The notes under the pieces: generated by a model
Told to the model about the DNA's origin: nothing
The model's database searches: none
What the model saw: the letters and a program-made list of their open reading frames with translations, nothing else
Made by a program: the position numbers and the translations under genes
Virus record (IMG/VR): IMGVR_UViG_3300036790_000128
Location: 1-62,294 of that record
DNA length: 62,294 bases
From: a virus
Lineage: Duplodnaviria; Caudoviricetes
Direction: 5' to 3' (one strand)
Part shown: positions 25,573-35,445 of the stretch, in pieces
Layout: each line of letters starts with the position of its first letter
How positions within the stretch are numbered: the stretch's first letter is position 1

Positions 25573-28103
25573 CAGTGCAAGACCTGCAGGTATTTTCCGG
25601 GGCGGCGGGGATCGGGCAAGTAGTGGTTGCCATCGGGTGCCTGTGTAGCACCGATGCTCGCGGGATTAAAGCCGCTATTGCCATTGAGACCGGGCACGCT
25701 GGGCGTTGGCGGCAGCGGCGGCAAGCCAGGGCCAGATGCAGGTCCACCAGGCGAAGGCGGTGGCGGCGCACCTGCGGCCGGAGGCGCGGTCGGTCCTGGA
25801 GGCATCTGCGGAAATGGCACATTCGCCCCGCTGTTGGGCGGCGGTTGTGACGTGATGTTGGTCGCGCCGGCCGCAATATCCGCCCGCGTCTTGGCCGCAT
25901 TGATCGCAAGCCCAACGGCGGCATGATGATGTTTGCCCTCGACATCGGCAGCGCGAACCTGTGTGTTCTGTGCCTCGATGTGCAGCTCCATCACCCGCAA
26001 CTGCGCATTGATCCAATCCATCTGCGGCCCGGACGCCTTTGAGGCCGCCATCGCCATGTTCAGATACGCCTGCGAATTGTCTTTCAGTTCGGCGGCCCGT
26101 AGCCTGCCAAGTTCGGCCTGCTTTTCCTCCATCGCCATAGCGGCGAGTTGCTGGGTGATCTGCGGATTCGGCGGCGGTGCAAATACATCTTCGACGCGAT
26201 CAATCTGCGCCGCGTCGAACATACGCTGATAGATTTCCTTTTTGTTCAGCAGCGGATCGTCCTTGACCTGAAACAGAATCTGGGAGCGTCCCAGCTTCTG
26301 CATATCCGTGATCATCGTCGGATCGGCGATCGGCTCCACACCGCCGCCCATGCGATAATCGTCCGGCTGGACCTCGCGCCATTCGTCACCAACGCGGTAT
26401 CGGCGTTGTTCGTCTTTCAAGTAAATCCGGTTCAGCCGATAGATTTTATTGAACTCGGCCTTGAGTGCCCGATAGACGCGCTTATGGATGGCCGTATAGA
26501 CCTTCAAGCCCTGCTCAATCAGCGCCAGCACAGTCGTCGGCGGCGCATTGGCAATCTGCGCATCGCCCGCCAGAATATCCTTGACGGCGGCGGTTTCCTT
26601 GCCGGAGTTCAGCAACAAGCCAAGCAACTGGAACAAGACCGGAGAAGGCCCCGGAAATGGAATCGGGAACACCGAGTCCCTGATCGACTGCCCCTTCGAC
26701 CCGACGCGCACATACTTGCCGACCTGAAAATTGACCGGGCCGGAATGTATCGACAACTGATCCGACACGAAGCCACCGCCGGCGTTCTGCAGGTGGCCGG
26801 CATCGAACATCTGATTGAGCGTGGTGTTGATCGCTTCATTGAGCGGGCGCAGCAGATGACCGAACCCGACCGGATAGGAACCGCCATCGGGATTCGGCAG
26901 AAACGGGATCAGCGTGTAGTGATCGACCGGCGTGACTTTGAGGATTTCTTCGCGGTCCTTGTCATCACCATCGGTCAAACCGCCTTCATCATCCTCGTCA
27001 ACATCAGGGCCTTTGCCCGTGATGATGCTTTCCTCATCGTAACGCGCGACGACGCGAACGACTTTCGATGACCGCTTGTGAACTGTAACGACGTAGGGCT
27101 CGGGATAGCCGTCGCCGTCGAGATCGTAGCGGCGATGCTGTTCCAGAAAGACATGCGGCGCGTCTTCGTCGCCTGAATCGGACTGCCCTTCTTCGCCGCC
27201 TCTTTCGTCGCCACCACCCGGACCATAGGACAACGGAAGATAGACCTCGGCACGCTCGTATTCCTCGACCTGATGCGGATAGAGCGTAAGGATTTCCGTA
27301 TGACGCGGCGCGGCTTCGAATGACGGCGCGTGATAATTCCAGACAAGATTCTTGAGCGACACCAGCAACGAGCAGTTTTTTTCTTCGACCGGATCACGGA
27401 AAGTCTTGCGCGCCGCACCGCCCATGATAGGGATTTGCATCAAAAGCGTGTCAGTCTGACCTTCCCATTCCTGCATTTCCTCCAACAACTGCCAGCTCAT
27501 ATGCTCGCCGATGCGGTCGGCGCGCTTGCGCTTGTCGCCCGGAGCAGACAGCCATATCGGGGAGTTGTCCGCCGGATGCAGTTTCGGCTTGCCGTCCGGC
27601 TTGCCATCCTCGGTCGCCGGCGTTCCCTTGTCGGTTCCCCAGACGACGCCCTTGACGACATTACGATTCTGGATGATCGCCGGATAGGTCCGCGCATTAA
27701 ACTGGATCGCCGCATCGGTGATCAGCGGATAGATGATGTTGGAACTCTTCGGCCACGGATATTGTTTTTCTTCCGCCTCCTGCAGACAGAACTTCATCGC
27801 CTTTTCGGCTTTGCTCCACCATTCGGAACGCGAGTTGTCATCGATCATGAATTCAGAGACGACAAGCGCGCCAAGGGTATCGAGCACGTCCGGCGCGTAA
27901 TCTTCGGCCAAATTCACCTTGTCGATCTGGCTGATCAGAAAATCCTTGATCGGGGTGTCTTTGCTGCGGCCGTAATTGCCGTCACTTTCCGAATCACGCT
28001 CCGGCTCGCTCGCTGCAGTCACAGCATCGGGCTCCATTGGCTCTGCGGGCGCAGACGGCGATGGAGCAAGTGAAGCAGCACCGAGCGAGGATGTGATAGG
28101 CAT
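25572..28103 (-). CDS. Portal protein
   Basis: 843 aa; PWPKSSNIIYPLITDAAIQFNAR, GFGHLL, NQMFDAG, TTVLALIEQG. Confidence 0.9.
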   Translation of the reverse strand: MPITSSLGAASLAPSPSAPAEPMEPDAVTAASEPERDSESDGNYGRSKDTPIKDFLISQIDKVNLAEDYAPDVLDTLGALVVSEFMIDDNSRSEWWSKAEKAMKFCLQEAEEKQYPWPKSSNIIYPLITDAAIQFNARTYPAIIQNRNVVKGVVWGTDKGTPATEDGKPDGKPKLHPADNSPIWLSAPGDKRKRADRIGEHMSWQLLEEMQEWEGQTDTLLMQIPIMGGAARKTFRDPVEEKNCSLLVSLKNLVWNYHAPSFEAAPRHTEILTLYPHQVEEYERAEVYLPLSYGPGGGDERGGEEGQSDSGDEDAPHVFLEQHRRYDLDGDGYPEPYVVTVHKRSSKVVRVVARYDEESIITGKGPDVDEDDEGGLTDGDDKDREEILKVTPVDHYTLIPFLPNPDGGSYPVGFGHLLRPLNEAINTTLNQMFDAGHLQNAGGGFVSDQLSIHSGPVNFQVGKYVRVGSKGQSIRDSVFPIPFPGPSPVLFQLLGLLLNSGKETAAVKDILAGDAQIANAPPTTVLALIEQGLKVYTAIHKRVYRALKAEFNKIYRLNRIYLKDEQRRYRVGDEWREVQPDDYRMGGGVEPIADPTMITDMQKLGRSQILFQVKDDPLLNKKEIYQRMFDAAQIDRVEDVFAPPPNPQITQQLAAMAMEEKQAELGRLRAAELKDNSQAYLNMAMAASKASGPQMDWINAQLRVMELHIEAQNTQVRAADVEGKHHHAAVGLAINAAKTRADIAAGATNITSQPPPNSGANVPFPQMPPGPTAPPAAGAPPPPSPGGPASGPGLPPLPPTPSVPGLNGNSGFNPASIGATQAPDGNHYLPDPRRPGKYLQVLH

Positions 28104-28345
28104 CAGCGCACCTTTTCGGCAACGATGCCCTTATGAACAACGCGGTAGGTCGATGGCACAAATACCATGCCGTGCACGCTTGCACCCGCGGATGGCTTTT
28201 TCGGATCAATCATCTTGGTCACCAGATAAAGATGACCGCCGATGACGCGAAGCCGGTCAAGGTACACATTGGCGTGCTTTGCAGCATCTACTTGTTCCCA
28301 CTGACTGGGGCGGTTTCTCTTTTTAGAACGTCGCTTGACCGCCAT
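28103..28345 (-). CDS. Hypothetical protein
   Basis: 80 aa, RLRVIGGHLY...MVFVP, strong RBS. Confidence 0.6.
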   Translation of the reverse strand: MAVKRRSKKRNRPSQWEQVDAAKHANVYLDRLRVIGGHLYLVTKMIDPKKPSAGASVHGMVFVPSTYRVVHKGIVAEKVR

Positions 28346-28346
28346 T

Positions 28347-28506
28347 CTATCCTCCTACCTTCCTCCAAACATGATTGGCCTTAAGCTTTTCGTTGAAATA
28401 GCGTCCCGGCGAATGGTTCTCGGTAAATGCCAGGCTCCATCGGCTCTGCGGGATCGGATGCTGACGGCGGCAACGCAGCAGCACCGAGCGAGGATGTGAT
28501 GGGCAT
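28347..28506 (-). pseudogene. Chimeric relic: portal 5' fragment joined to KTSC 3' fragment
   Basis: 28506-28432 encodes MPITSSLGAAALPPSASDPAEPMEP (portal starts MPITSSLGAASLAPSPSAPAEPMEP); 28431-28347 encodes AFTENHSPGRYFNEKLKANHVWRK (KTSC gene ends AFTESQSPGRYFNERLKANHVWRK). Confidence 0.85.
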
Positions 28507-28507
28507 A

Positions 28508-28933
28508 TCAGCGCCACCCAGCTTTCAATAGCCGCTTTGATGCGGTTCGAATCGCGGAGAAAACCGTTCCATAGTCGCAGCACACAATGCGTTTTTCAAG
28601 CAGACCAAAATTCTCTTTCTTGAAATCGCAGAGGAACGCCGGAAGCTTCGGCGGTAATTCAGAGTCACGCAATGGCACCACTTTTCTCTGAACGAGCAAC
28701 AGACCGCATGTCGATATCAAATGGCATGGAGCAAACCATTTTTCCATCGCCGTTGCCCTTACCCAAGACCACGTTTCCCATTCAGCCGCATTCTGGAATG
28801 ATTTTCCCCCAGTTTCGATTTTGACGACGTAATCAGCATTCATCAGACACTGATACACCTTTCGGGCCGAACCCTCACCGATTAAGTCCCCGCACAAGAT
28901 AGATCGCGCCTCGCGGTAATGAAACTGGCTCAT
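28508..28933 (-). CDS. Minimal protein-kinase-like protein
   Basis: IGEGSARKVY, VVKIE, DFKKENFG and DYG motifs. Confidence 0.65.
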   Translation of the reverse strand: MSQFHYREARSILCGDLIGEGSARKVYQCLMNADYVVKIETGGKSFQNAAEWETWSWVRATAMEKWFAPCHLISTCGLLLVQRKVVPLRDSELPPKLPAFLCDFKKENFGLLEKRIVCCDYGTVFSAIRTASKRLLKAGWR

Positions 28934-29157
28934 CTGCCGAGCTTCCGCCACACATGATTGGCCTTAAGCCGCTCGTTGAAATACCGCCCCGGCGATTGGC
29001 TCTCGGTGAATGCCTGGTGCTTCTCGATCGGCACATCATCAGCTTCATAGACGCCGCCGTTCTTATACTGCACCGTCATCTTGCGTGCGTTCGGATCGTA
29101 AGCGTGATGCGAGATCATCGAGGATTTGATCGGGGTGAGTTGGGGCTTGTCTGTCAT
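28930..29157 (-). CDS. KTSC domain protein
   Basis: IKSSMISHHAYD...VQYKNGGVY...SPGRYFN. Confidence 0.9.
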   Translation of the reverse strand: MTDKPQLTPIKSSMISHHAYDPNARKMTVQYKNGGVYEADDVPIEKHQAFTESQSPGRYFNERLKANHVWRKLGR

Positions 29158-29159
29158 GG

Positions 29160-29405
29160 CTAAATCCCACACGCCCTGCGCTCATCGAGACGCCATCGCT
29201 CATACGCCTCGGCGGCAACGATTATATACTTTTGGCCCAATGGGGCAGGAGCGCCGAACTCGACGTGATACAGAGTGGGCATGGTCTGCTCCGGCCGCAG
29301 TTCAATCCACACGCCATTGGCCCGCACCAACACGGCGGACTCGGTCAGCTTGGCGCGGTCGCATTCGATCTCGTGGCCGGGCTCTACGGCGATAAGAGTG
29401 CTCAT
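29160..29405 (-). CDS. Hypothetical protein
   Basis: ORF in operon orientation; start uncertain. Confidence 0.45.
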   Translation of the reverse strand: MSTLIAVEPGHEIECDRAKLTESAVLVRANGVWIELRPEQTMPTLYHVEFGAPAPLGQKYIIVAAEAYERWRLDERRACGI

Positions 29406-29517
29406 GGCACCGGCTTTCCGGTCAAGGCGATTCACCGAGGCCACCCTACCGTATCCACAGTGAGGGTGAAGTTACCGATCTGTTTCGCCGTTGGTGTCTG
29501 CGGCATCTAATACCCTG

Positions 29518-29742
29518 TCACTTGTTCTCGATGAGAGGTTGCGGACTTTCTTTCACTGGCCTTTCAACAACGAATTCTCCGTTACGCCAGCGCGCGACAA
29601 CTGCATCTGGATTGGCTTTTATGAATGCCTTTTCCCATTCGTTCGCCGCCAAACTTTTGCCCGCCCGTCGCGCTTTAAGCAGGAAAGACCGGCGCAAGCA
29701 ATCACCCATCAATTCGAGATGTTCCCCTGAAACTGGCATCAT
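29518..29742 (-). CDS. Small inserted protein with Walker-A-like ARRAGKS
   Basis: 74 aa, flanked by a 20-bp duplication of the terL 3' end. Confidence 0.55.
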   Translation of the reverse strand: MMPVSGEHLELMGDCLRRSFLLKARRAGKSLAANEWEKAFIKANPDAVVARWRNGEFVVERPVKESPQPLIENK

Positions 29743-31176
29743 CTAATACCCCGTCACTTCGCTACGTCCCTGATCGCTACCCGATCCATACCCCATCCCC
29801 GGCCAATCGTCACCCACACTTGGCGAGCTACCGCGCGTCAGGGCAGGTGCGAACAACTGTGCGGCGGCATATTCCATGGCATTCATAATGTGTGAGTAGG
29901 GACCCTTATCGGGCCTCGACACAAACCGCTCCGGTCCCGCCACTTGCAGCCGCCGCAGATTATAGCCGCCCAGAAAGCCCTTGCGAATCGTCTTACACCG
30001 AGGATGCAGGATAAACTGCGGTTCGCCCCCGATCAATGTACGCAACGGCTTGCGCACCGATTCCATGCGTAACGTCGGGTCCTGCTCGCTGCCCTGGATA
30101 TCGATGCCTTTGGTCTGCGCTATCTCAAAGCATGTCTTTTTGTCGGTCTGGGCTCGCTGATTCCCCGCCGGATCGCCGTAGTCCTCGAATGTCACTTTAT
30201 GGCCGCGGAATGCACGTTTGCAATGTTCCAGCACGTCATCGGAGAACTGATCGAAGCCCATGCTGGTGGATGTCATTTCATCGAAGATCAGCCAGCGCCC
30301 ATCGGGTAGCAACTGCGAGAAGCAACAGGCCGGCGTCAGCCCAAAATCATAGCTACGCGTGATCGGGCGCCCCGGCACGGGATCGACTTCTCGAAGGTGC
30401 ATATGATCGGAATATTCGTCATAGACCGGCTTGCCATCGACGACGAACCCGTATTCGCCCTTGATATAGACCTTGATCCATTCAGGCTTTTTGCCCTCGG
30501 AGAGCATCTTGTAGTAGTTGGGATTGTTCAGGTTGGGGATGTTTTCAGCATCGGCACTGACGCCGGACGGCTGTTTGAAGATTTGCGCAAACCACGGCGG
30601 GTTGTTTCGTTCCTCAAAGAACCGAAACCAATCCGAGTCCTGATCGGGCGGATTGGTGTCCATGAAGATGCCGGCCCAGCTCGGCGCGACGCCCATCGCT
30701 TTCACGGACGGGTATTGCTCGATGCGGCCCTGCAGGGCATCGATGATCGCCCACGGCACTTCGCGCGCTTCATTGACCCACGCGCCGGTCACTTCCAAGG
30801 ACAACAGATTTTGCACATGATCGGGCCGATCAAGTGCCCGGAACCAGATTTCAAATTCAGCGCCTTCAAATCCCTTGACCAGATAACGATGATCGCTCGG
30901 GTAGTAGCGCCCGAAATACTGCGGCGGCAGCCACATCAATGTTGATTGGATCGTCGTGTCGTTAAGCTGCGGGAAGGTGTTGCGGATCGCCAGCCAGCGC
31001 GTGCGACGGATACCGTCTGGGCCCGGCTTTTGCGCCAGAGCGCGCCGGACGATCTCGATGATACAGCCGGAGGTCTTACCGGAACGAAACGGCCCCATCA
31101 GACCGCGCACCCGCGCATTACTCGCGGCGAATTCCCGAATGGTTGGGACGTGCGTGTAGCTGTAGCGGATGTCCAT
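29743..31176 (-). CDS. terL: Terminase large subunit
   Basis: GPFRSGKT Walker A, AWVNEARE Walker B, MDTNPP, YDFGLTP and GDPAG nuclease motifs. Confidence 0.95.
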   Translation of the reverse strand: MDIRYSYTHVPTIREFAASNARVRGLMGPFRSGKTSGCIIEIVRRALAQKPGPDGIRRTRWLAIRNTFPQLNDTTIQSTLMWLPPQYFGRYYPSDHRYLVKGFEGAEFEIWFRALDRPDHVQNLLSLEVTGAWVNEAREVPWAIIDALQGRIEQYPSVKAMGVAPSWAGIFMDTNPPDQDSDWFRFFEERNNPPWFAQIFKQPSGVSADAENIPNLNNPNYYKMLSEGKKPEWIKVYIKGEYGFVVDGKPVYDEYSDHMHLREVDPVPGRPITRSYDFGLTPACCFSQLLPDGRWLIFDEMTSTSMGFDQFSDDVLEHCKRAFRGHKVTFEDYGDPAGNQRAQTDKKTCFEIAQTKGIDIQGSEQDPTLRMESVRKPLRTLIGGEPQFILHPRCKTIRKGFLGGYNLRRLQVAGPERFVSRPDKGPYSHIMNAMEYAAAQLFAPALTRGSSPSVGDDWPGMGYGSGSDQGRSEVTGY

Positions 31177-31452
31177 AGTTCATCATTTCTTTAGCTTACG
31201 CACGTAATCCCGGATGCCGGGCGGAAGATGTTTTCATGTGATCCTCACTCTGCGCATCATCGGACTATCCCGCCCGGCTCAACTGCACTTTGATCCGCAG
31301 CGCCAGCACATCAACATCTTCATGCTGATCGCGCCGCAGTTCATTGTAGATAGTGTGCTCGATCTTTTCGTCATCAGCACTCGCGCCAAGCCGCAATTGA
31401 ACCCGCGTAAACTTTTCTTCGAACTCATCTTCCGTCAGATCAGGGCGCGGCA

Positions 31453-31872
31453 TCACCGACACGCACTCTGTTTGGCGACCGCATCAAAGAAAGTGTGTGT
31501 GGTCGGCGCTACTGTCTTTGTGTAGATGACCGATCCGTTCGACTCGACTCTGATTCCGCTCTCACCGATATCGTAAGCATGGGTTGCTCGAAGCATCGGA
31601 TTGAGATGAGCGATCGCCGTACAGTCGAAGCGCAGCGATGCCGCTGCAAGCGCGACGGCTTGTGCAAACGACATATGCTTGCCGAAGCGCACATCGCCGT
31701 TGGCCGCAACGGTTACGGCCGGACCAGAAGAGTTCTTGAATACCAAGGCTATTCCTGACGATGCTATCTTTGGCTTCATTGGCATATGCTTGTGACGGGC
31801 GGCAGCGGCCACTGTTGCAGGCGCAATGATAAGGGTCGCCGCGACCAAGCCGCTGAGAATGCGCTTCATCAC
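31453..31872 (-). CDS. Secreted hypothetical protein
   Basis: Signal-peptide-like N-terminus. Confidence 0.55.
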   Translation of the reverse strand: MMKRILSGLVAATLIIAPATVAAAARHKHMPMKPKIASSGIALVFKNSSGPAVTVAANGDVRFGKHMSFAQAVALAAASLRFDCTAIAHLNPMLRATHAYDIGESGIRVESNGSVIYTKTVAPTTHTFFDAVAKQSACR

Positions 31873-32153
31873 GAATTCCCCCGCGTGGCGAAATCTTCCT
31901 TGCGCTTATAGAGCGAGCACGCTGGCCGATCCTGCGTCACCTTTGGGACCATCGCCTCAACCTGCAGCAGCGGGCGCCCGAGCGGATCGCGGCCCTGCCC
32001 CATTACGACGGGAATGGGCGGCACACCGTGACAATCTGCCATGTTGGACTTGAACGCTTGTGCAAAGACGCATGTCCCGCAGCGCGGAAACACAACACTC
32101 ACGATCCTGGGATTGGGATCAATGCTGATCAGGGTTTGGGATTGTTCGGTCAT
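31869..32153 (-). CDS. Small Cys-rich protein
   Basis: CGTCVF...CHGVPP...PKV...C motif. Confidence 0.55.
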   Translation of the reverse strand: MTEQSQTLISIDPNPRIVSVVFPRCGTCVFAQAFKSNMADCHGVPPIPVVMGQGRDPLGRPLLQVEAMVPKVTQDRPACSLYKRKEDFATRGNS

Positions 32154-32171
32154 CTGCCTGTTTCCTTCTGC

Positions 32172-32750
32172 CTAAGCCGCCATCGCTCGCTTCATCGCCA
32201 CGCGCAATCTACGATCCATCACATCGTCCCCGGCGTAGGGCGTCATGTCCAGATCAGCCGGGACACGGCGAATCCGCTCATCCTCGGCACGCTTCACTTG
32301 CGTCTTCATGAATCGGTTATAGGCCGCAAGACCCACAGCGCCAAGCGCCCCTTGCACGGCAAAGAGTTCCACACAGGTCGCAACGCCGTGAGCATGAAAG
32401 TAAACCCGATCGCGCGGGGATTTCATGCCAAGACAGTCGAGCAGCACGCGCCTGTCGAATTCATCGCTATCAAGCAGCGCATCGATCACGGATTTCTCGA
32501 CATGCTCATGCAACTTCAAGAATTGTTCGGTGGAGAGTGTTCGGCCATCGTGAACAAAGGGTTCCAGATCGCGATCAATGTAGATCGTGCCGCCGCCTTT
32601 GCTGTAGCCGGCCAGGTACGGGATGTCATAGTCGGTCGCGTTGATTGTGACTGGTCGCTTCATGCGACGCAAGACCACAGGCAACCGCAAGATGGCGCGT
32701 GTTTGCGGTGGAGTGAAAGGAATAGGATCGTCCTTGTCACCGCCGCTCAT
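32172..32750 (-). CDS. Hypothetical protein with HExxE metallopeptidase-like motif
   Basis: DIPYLAGYS..G.TIYIDR, LHEHVEK, AH..AT..E. Confidence 0.6.
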   Translation of the reverse strand: MSGGDKDDPIPFTPPQTRAILRLPVVLRRMKRPVTINATDYDIPYLAGYSKGGGTIYIDRDLEPFVHDGRTLSTEQFLKLHEHVEKSVIDALLDSDEFDRRVLLDCLGMKSPRDRVYFHAHGVATCVELFAVQGALGAVGLAAYNRFMKTQVKRAEDERIRRVPADLDMTPYAGDDVMDRRLRVAMKRAMAA

Positions 32751-32759
32751 CGCACAAAA

Positions 32760-33026
32760 TCAAACCGCCGGCCGCTGGTGTGCGAAATGATGATCCTTGC
32801 CAATGCCGGGAAACTTGGCGTGGACCTTGCGCTTGATCATCGCCAATTCCGACGGAGACGCATGCTGGGCGCCGCGCGCCAGCGCGTTGCGCGCATGGGC
32901 CGCATCGGGGATAGGATAGGAACCGGCGCCCTTACCCTTCGAGCCTTCGCCCTTACCCGGCAACGCAAAGTCGGTACTCGGTAGAGCGTTACGGCGGGCG
33001 GTGGTAATGCGTGCCATGATCCTCAC
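32760..33026 (-). CDS. Small basic conserved phage protein
   Basis: RNALPSTDFALP...YPIPDAAHARNALAR motif. Confidence 0.65.
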   Translation of the reverse strand: MRIMARITTARRNALPSTDFALPGKGEGSKGKGAGSYPIPDAAHARNALARGAQHASPSELAMIKRKVHAKFPGIGKDHHFAHQRPAV

Positions 33027-33433
33027 TCCTGATTAGTGACGTGATGCTCGCCCTCTGCGGAGCCGTTGCCCGACTGCACAGAGGTCACGGTAGGGCCGCG
33101 ATTGCCGCCCTCGATTTCCAACGCCATCTTTGCCATCGCAAGCGCGTCGTTCTCAACTGCACGGGCGCTCGACTCGCGTTCCCGCATTTCCCGTTCGATG
33201 ATCGGCAGCGCCTTGGCCTCGATGGCGTCGATCGCGTCGAGACGCTGCTCCAAATCGGCGGCCCATGACGAATGAAACTGTTTCTTCGATCGGAGCCGGT
33301 CTGACACGGATGCCGGTGTCGGCACTTTGGCCTCCTTCACGCTCTGTTCAGCTTGCGCGCCAAGCCTGATCTGACGCCCCAGCATCTGGCTTGGGGTTAA
33401 TGCCCGTGCGATCGCTGGCGCGCGGCCGATCAT
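33023..33433 (-). CDS. Hypothetical coiled-coil protein
   Basis: 136 aa, overlapping start/stop with its neighbours. Confidence 0.55.
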   Translation of the reverse strand: MIGRAPAIARALTPSQMLGRQIRLGAQAEQSVKEAKVPTPASVSDRLRSKKQFHSSWAADLEQRLDAIDAIEAKALPIIEREMRERESSARAVENDALAMAKMALEIEGGNRGPTVTSVQSGNGSAEGEHHVTNQE

Positions 33434-33958
33434 GATTTTGAGCGGCCGATCGAGCGGGCCAGGCTCTGGATCATGTTACGCTGGAACCGCTGCTGATCGA
33501 ACGCCGATTGGATTTGCTGATTGCGCTGATCGGCCTGTGCCACGTCATCGTCCGTGTCAGCCGATGCCGGAAAGGCATATTCGGACTGCGACTGCGGGAC
33601 GAAGGCGGGTTGATCAGGCATTGCCGCTCAGTCCGTCATCGGCCGCTTGTGCGCGAATTCCGTCTGCGGGTGAGCCATCGCCATGGACTTGGCGCTGCCT
33701 TCGCCGCCGCGCGGCTTGGACTCGCCTTCCTTCACGTCGTCATTGACACCAGAGGTCTGGTATTCGCCGACTTCGATGCCGTCCTGGGATTTAGCCATTG
33801 ATCGCCTCGTCGAAAAGATGATGGCTTGATGCGATTCGCGCCTAAAATGAACCTCCCAGACGGGAGCCGAGTGTTTCCTGCGCTCTACATCGCACCCGTT
33901 TTTGCGCTACCGGCCATCATCGGACCAGCGAGGAAAGGGAACACTCGGGTCGACTCGA

Positions 33959-34417
33959 TTAGACCGTGCCCTCACGATCCCAGTCCATACCGTGGCCGCC
34001 GGGGTGATGCGGGCCGTGACGCGGCGCCGCTTGTGCCGGCATGTGGCCTTTGGTGTGATGGATGCCCGGTGGGGTAGCGCGTTCGTGATCCTCCATCATG
34101 CCCTTCATGCCGGTATGGGCTGCATGATCGGGGTGCATTCCGGTGCCGTCGTTCATCTCGGCAAACGACTCGGCACCGAAATTACCGCCGCCGTGAGCCA
34201 TGCCGGAGGCCGTCGCCTTGCGCGGTGACATGCCCTTTTCGCCGGCCATTCCGGACTCGTGGGATTTCTTCATCTTCGCCATGGGTGGGTCCTTTCGTTT
34301 GACACCGGCGTTTCGAAGCGATGCAGCGACCGACTGCGCCTGTGAGTGGCCGGCCGCGACCATCTCGGAAATATTCTCTGAGATGACTTTGCGGCTTTTG
34401 CCAGATTTCAGCGGCAT
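33959..34417 (-). CDS. Conserved phage protein with His/Met-rich C-terminus
   Basis: [18 protein letters not shown]...QAQSVAASL motif. Confidence 0.65.
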   Translation of the reverse strand: MPLKSGKSRKVISENISEMVAAGHSQAQSVAASLRNAGVKRKDPPMAKMKKSHESGMAGEKGMSPRKATASGMAHGGGNFGAESFAEMNDGTGMHPDHAAHTGMKGMMEDHERATPPGIHHTKGHMPAQAAPRHGPHHPGGHGMDWDREGTV

Positions 34418-34472
34418 GACGGCCCCGATTCGGATGCTGAACCTTATGTGGGTTTAGGGGCAAGCGCAACGG

Positions 34473-35087
34473 CTACGGAATGGCGAGCGGCGCGCTTTCC
34501 ACCGGGGCATTCTCGATCACGAACCGCACCGGAACATTCACCCCGACGTTGACGTTTGCGTCGTCCTTGCCGACGCCGAGCTGCTTGGCCAGCATTTCGA
34601 TGATGCTTTTCTTGTCGGGAATTTTGACCGTGATCACGCCATCCTTGTCGATCTTGAATTCGGACAGAGCCCAGCATTCGGCATCGATCTGGCGCTTTTC
34701 TTCGTCGGTCAGATCATCACGAAGGCGGGGGTGGGCAAAGGTGCCTTTTTCGGTCTGGACGATCTCGGCCGTCATTGCAGAGGATAACCGCCGATGGATA
34801 GCGGTGGGAGACGCGTGCAGGAGTTCAAGCGCACGAGCCTGGAGATAGCCGATGTGCAGACCAGCATCGCGAAGCGCATTGGCGCAGGCTTCATCGGCGA
34901 TCAGGCGCACGCGGGGATCGGCTGCGAGCCGCCGAGCATTGCCCCGATCTTTGGCATAGCCGGCAGCAACATAGGCTTCTACGAGGTCATCGTCCCGGCC
35001 GCCTTTGGCGATCGCAACGCCAAGCTCGCGGGCGAAGGCACGCTGCTGTCGGTTCAGGGGTTTTTCAGCGATAGCCTCTTGAGTCAT
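34473..35087 (-). CDS. Terminase small subunit (putative)
   Basis: LNRQQRAFAREL...AYVAAGY...ARRL..DPRV HTH pattern; DK...EML.K.LG C-terminus. Confidence 0.75.
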   Translation of the reverse strand: MTQEAIAEKPLNRQQRAFARELGVAIAKGGRDDDLVEAYVAAGYAKDRGNARRLAADPRVRLIADEACANALRDAGLHIGYLQARALELLHASPTAIHRRLSSAMTAEIVQTEKGTFAHPRLRDDLTDEEKRQIDAECWALSEFKIDKDGVITVKIPDKKSIIEMLAKQLGVGKDDANVNVGVNVPVRFVIENAPVESAPLAIP

Positions 35088-35145
35088 CGGGAGTCACGTC
35101 GCCACATTCCTGACGCTTTGGCCATGAGCCATGCGTTATGCGCAG

Positions 35146-35175
35146 ATTGTGGCTTGATTCAGGGCTACTTGTCAA
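35146..35175 (-). promoter_or_regulatory. Candidate late promoter
   Basis: TTGACA-18 nt-CACAAT upstream of the putative terS, preceded by GC hairpins. Confidence 0.45.
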
Positions 35176-35445
35176 CCCGAGAGCCGAAACGGCAACCGCC
35201 AGCCCGATGAAGGCTGGCGGTCTCGCAAAAGCAACAACCAAGGAGGGACAGCGGCATTTACCGCGATTCGCCGAGAATGCGCAAGTCGCGTTCCTTGCTT
35301 TGTGGAGAAGGCGCCAGATCGTAGCGGCCATGAGGCGCGGCACGTCTGCGGATCGGGCCGAGGTCAGGCTTGCGGAGTGCGTAGCCCGCAGCATCCTGCT
35401 CGCGCTCGGCGTCGGTGTAGGGCTGTGCTGATGCGAAGTGCGGTC

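Noticed and set aside
32028-32984. 318-aa plus-strand ORF and similar long antisense ORFs (9286..10380, 26148..27071, 47725..48729)
   Set aside because: They overlap better-supported genes on the opposite strand and show no motifs.
35178-35226. Hammerhead ribozyme (CGAAAC and CCGATGA)
   Set aside because: The motifs sit in hairpin loops, the core is CCGATGA rather than CTGANGA, and the topology is wrong; more likely an attenuator or terminator hairpin.
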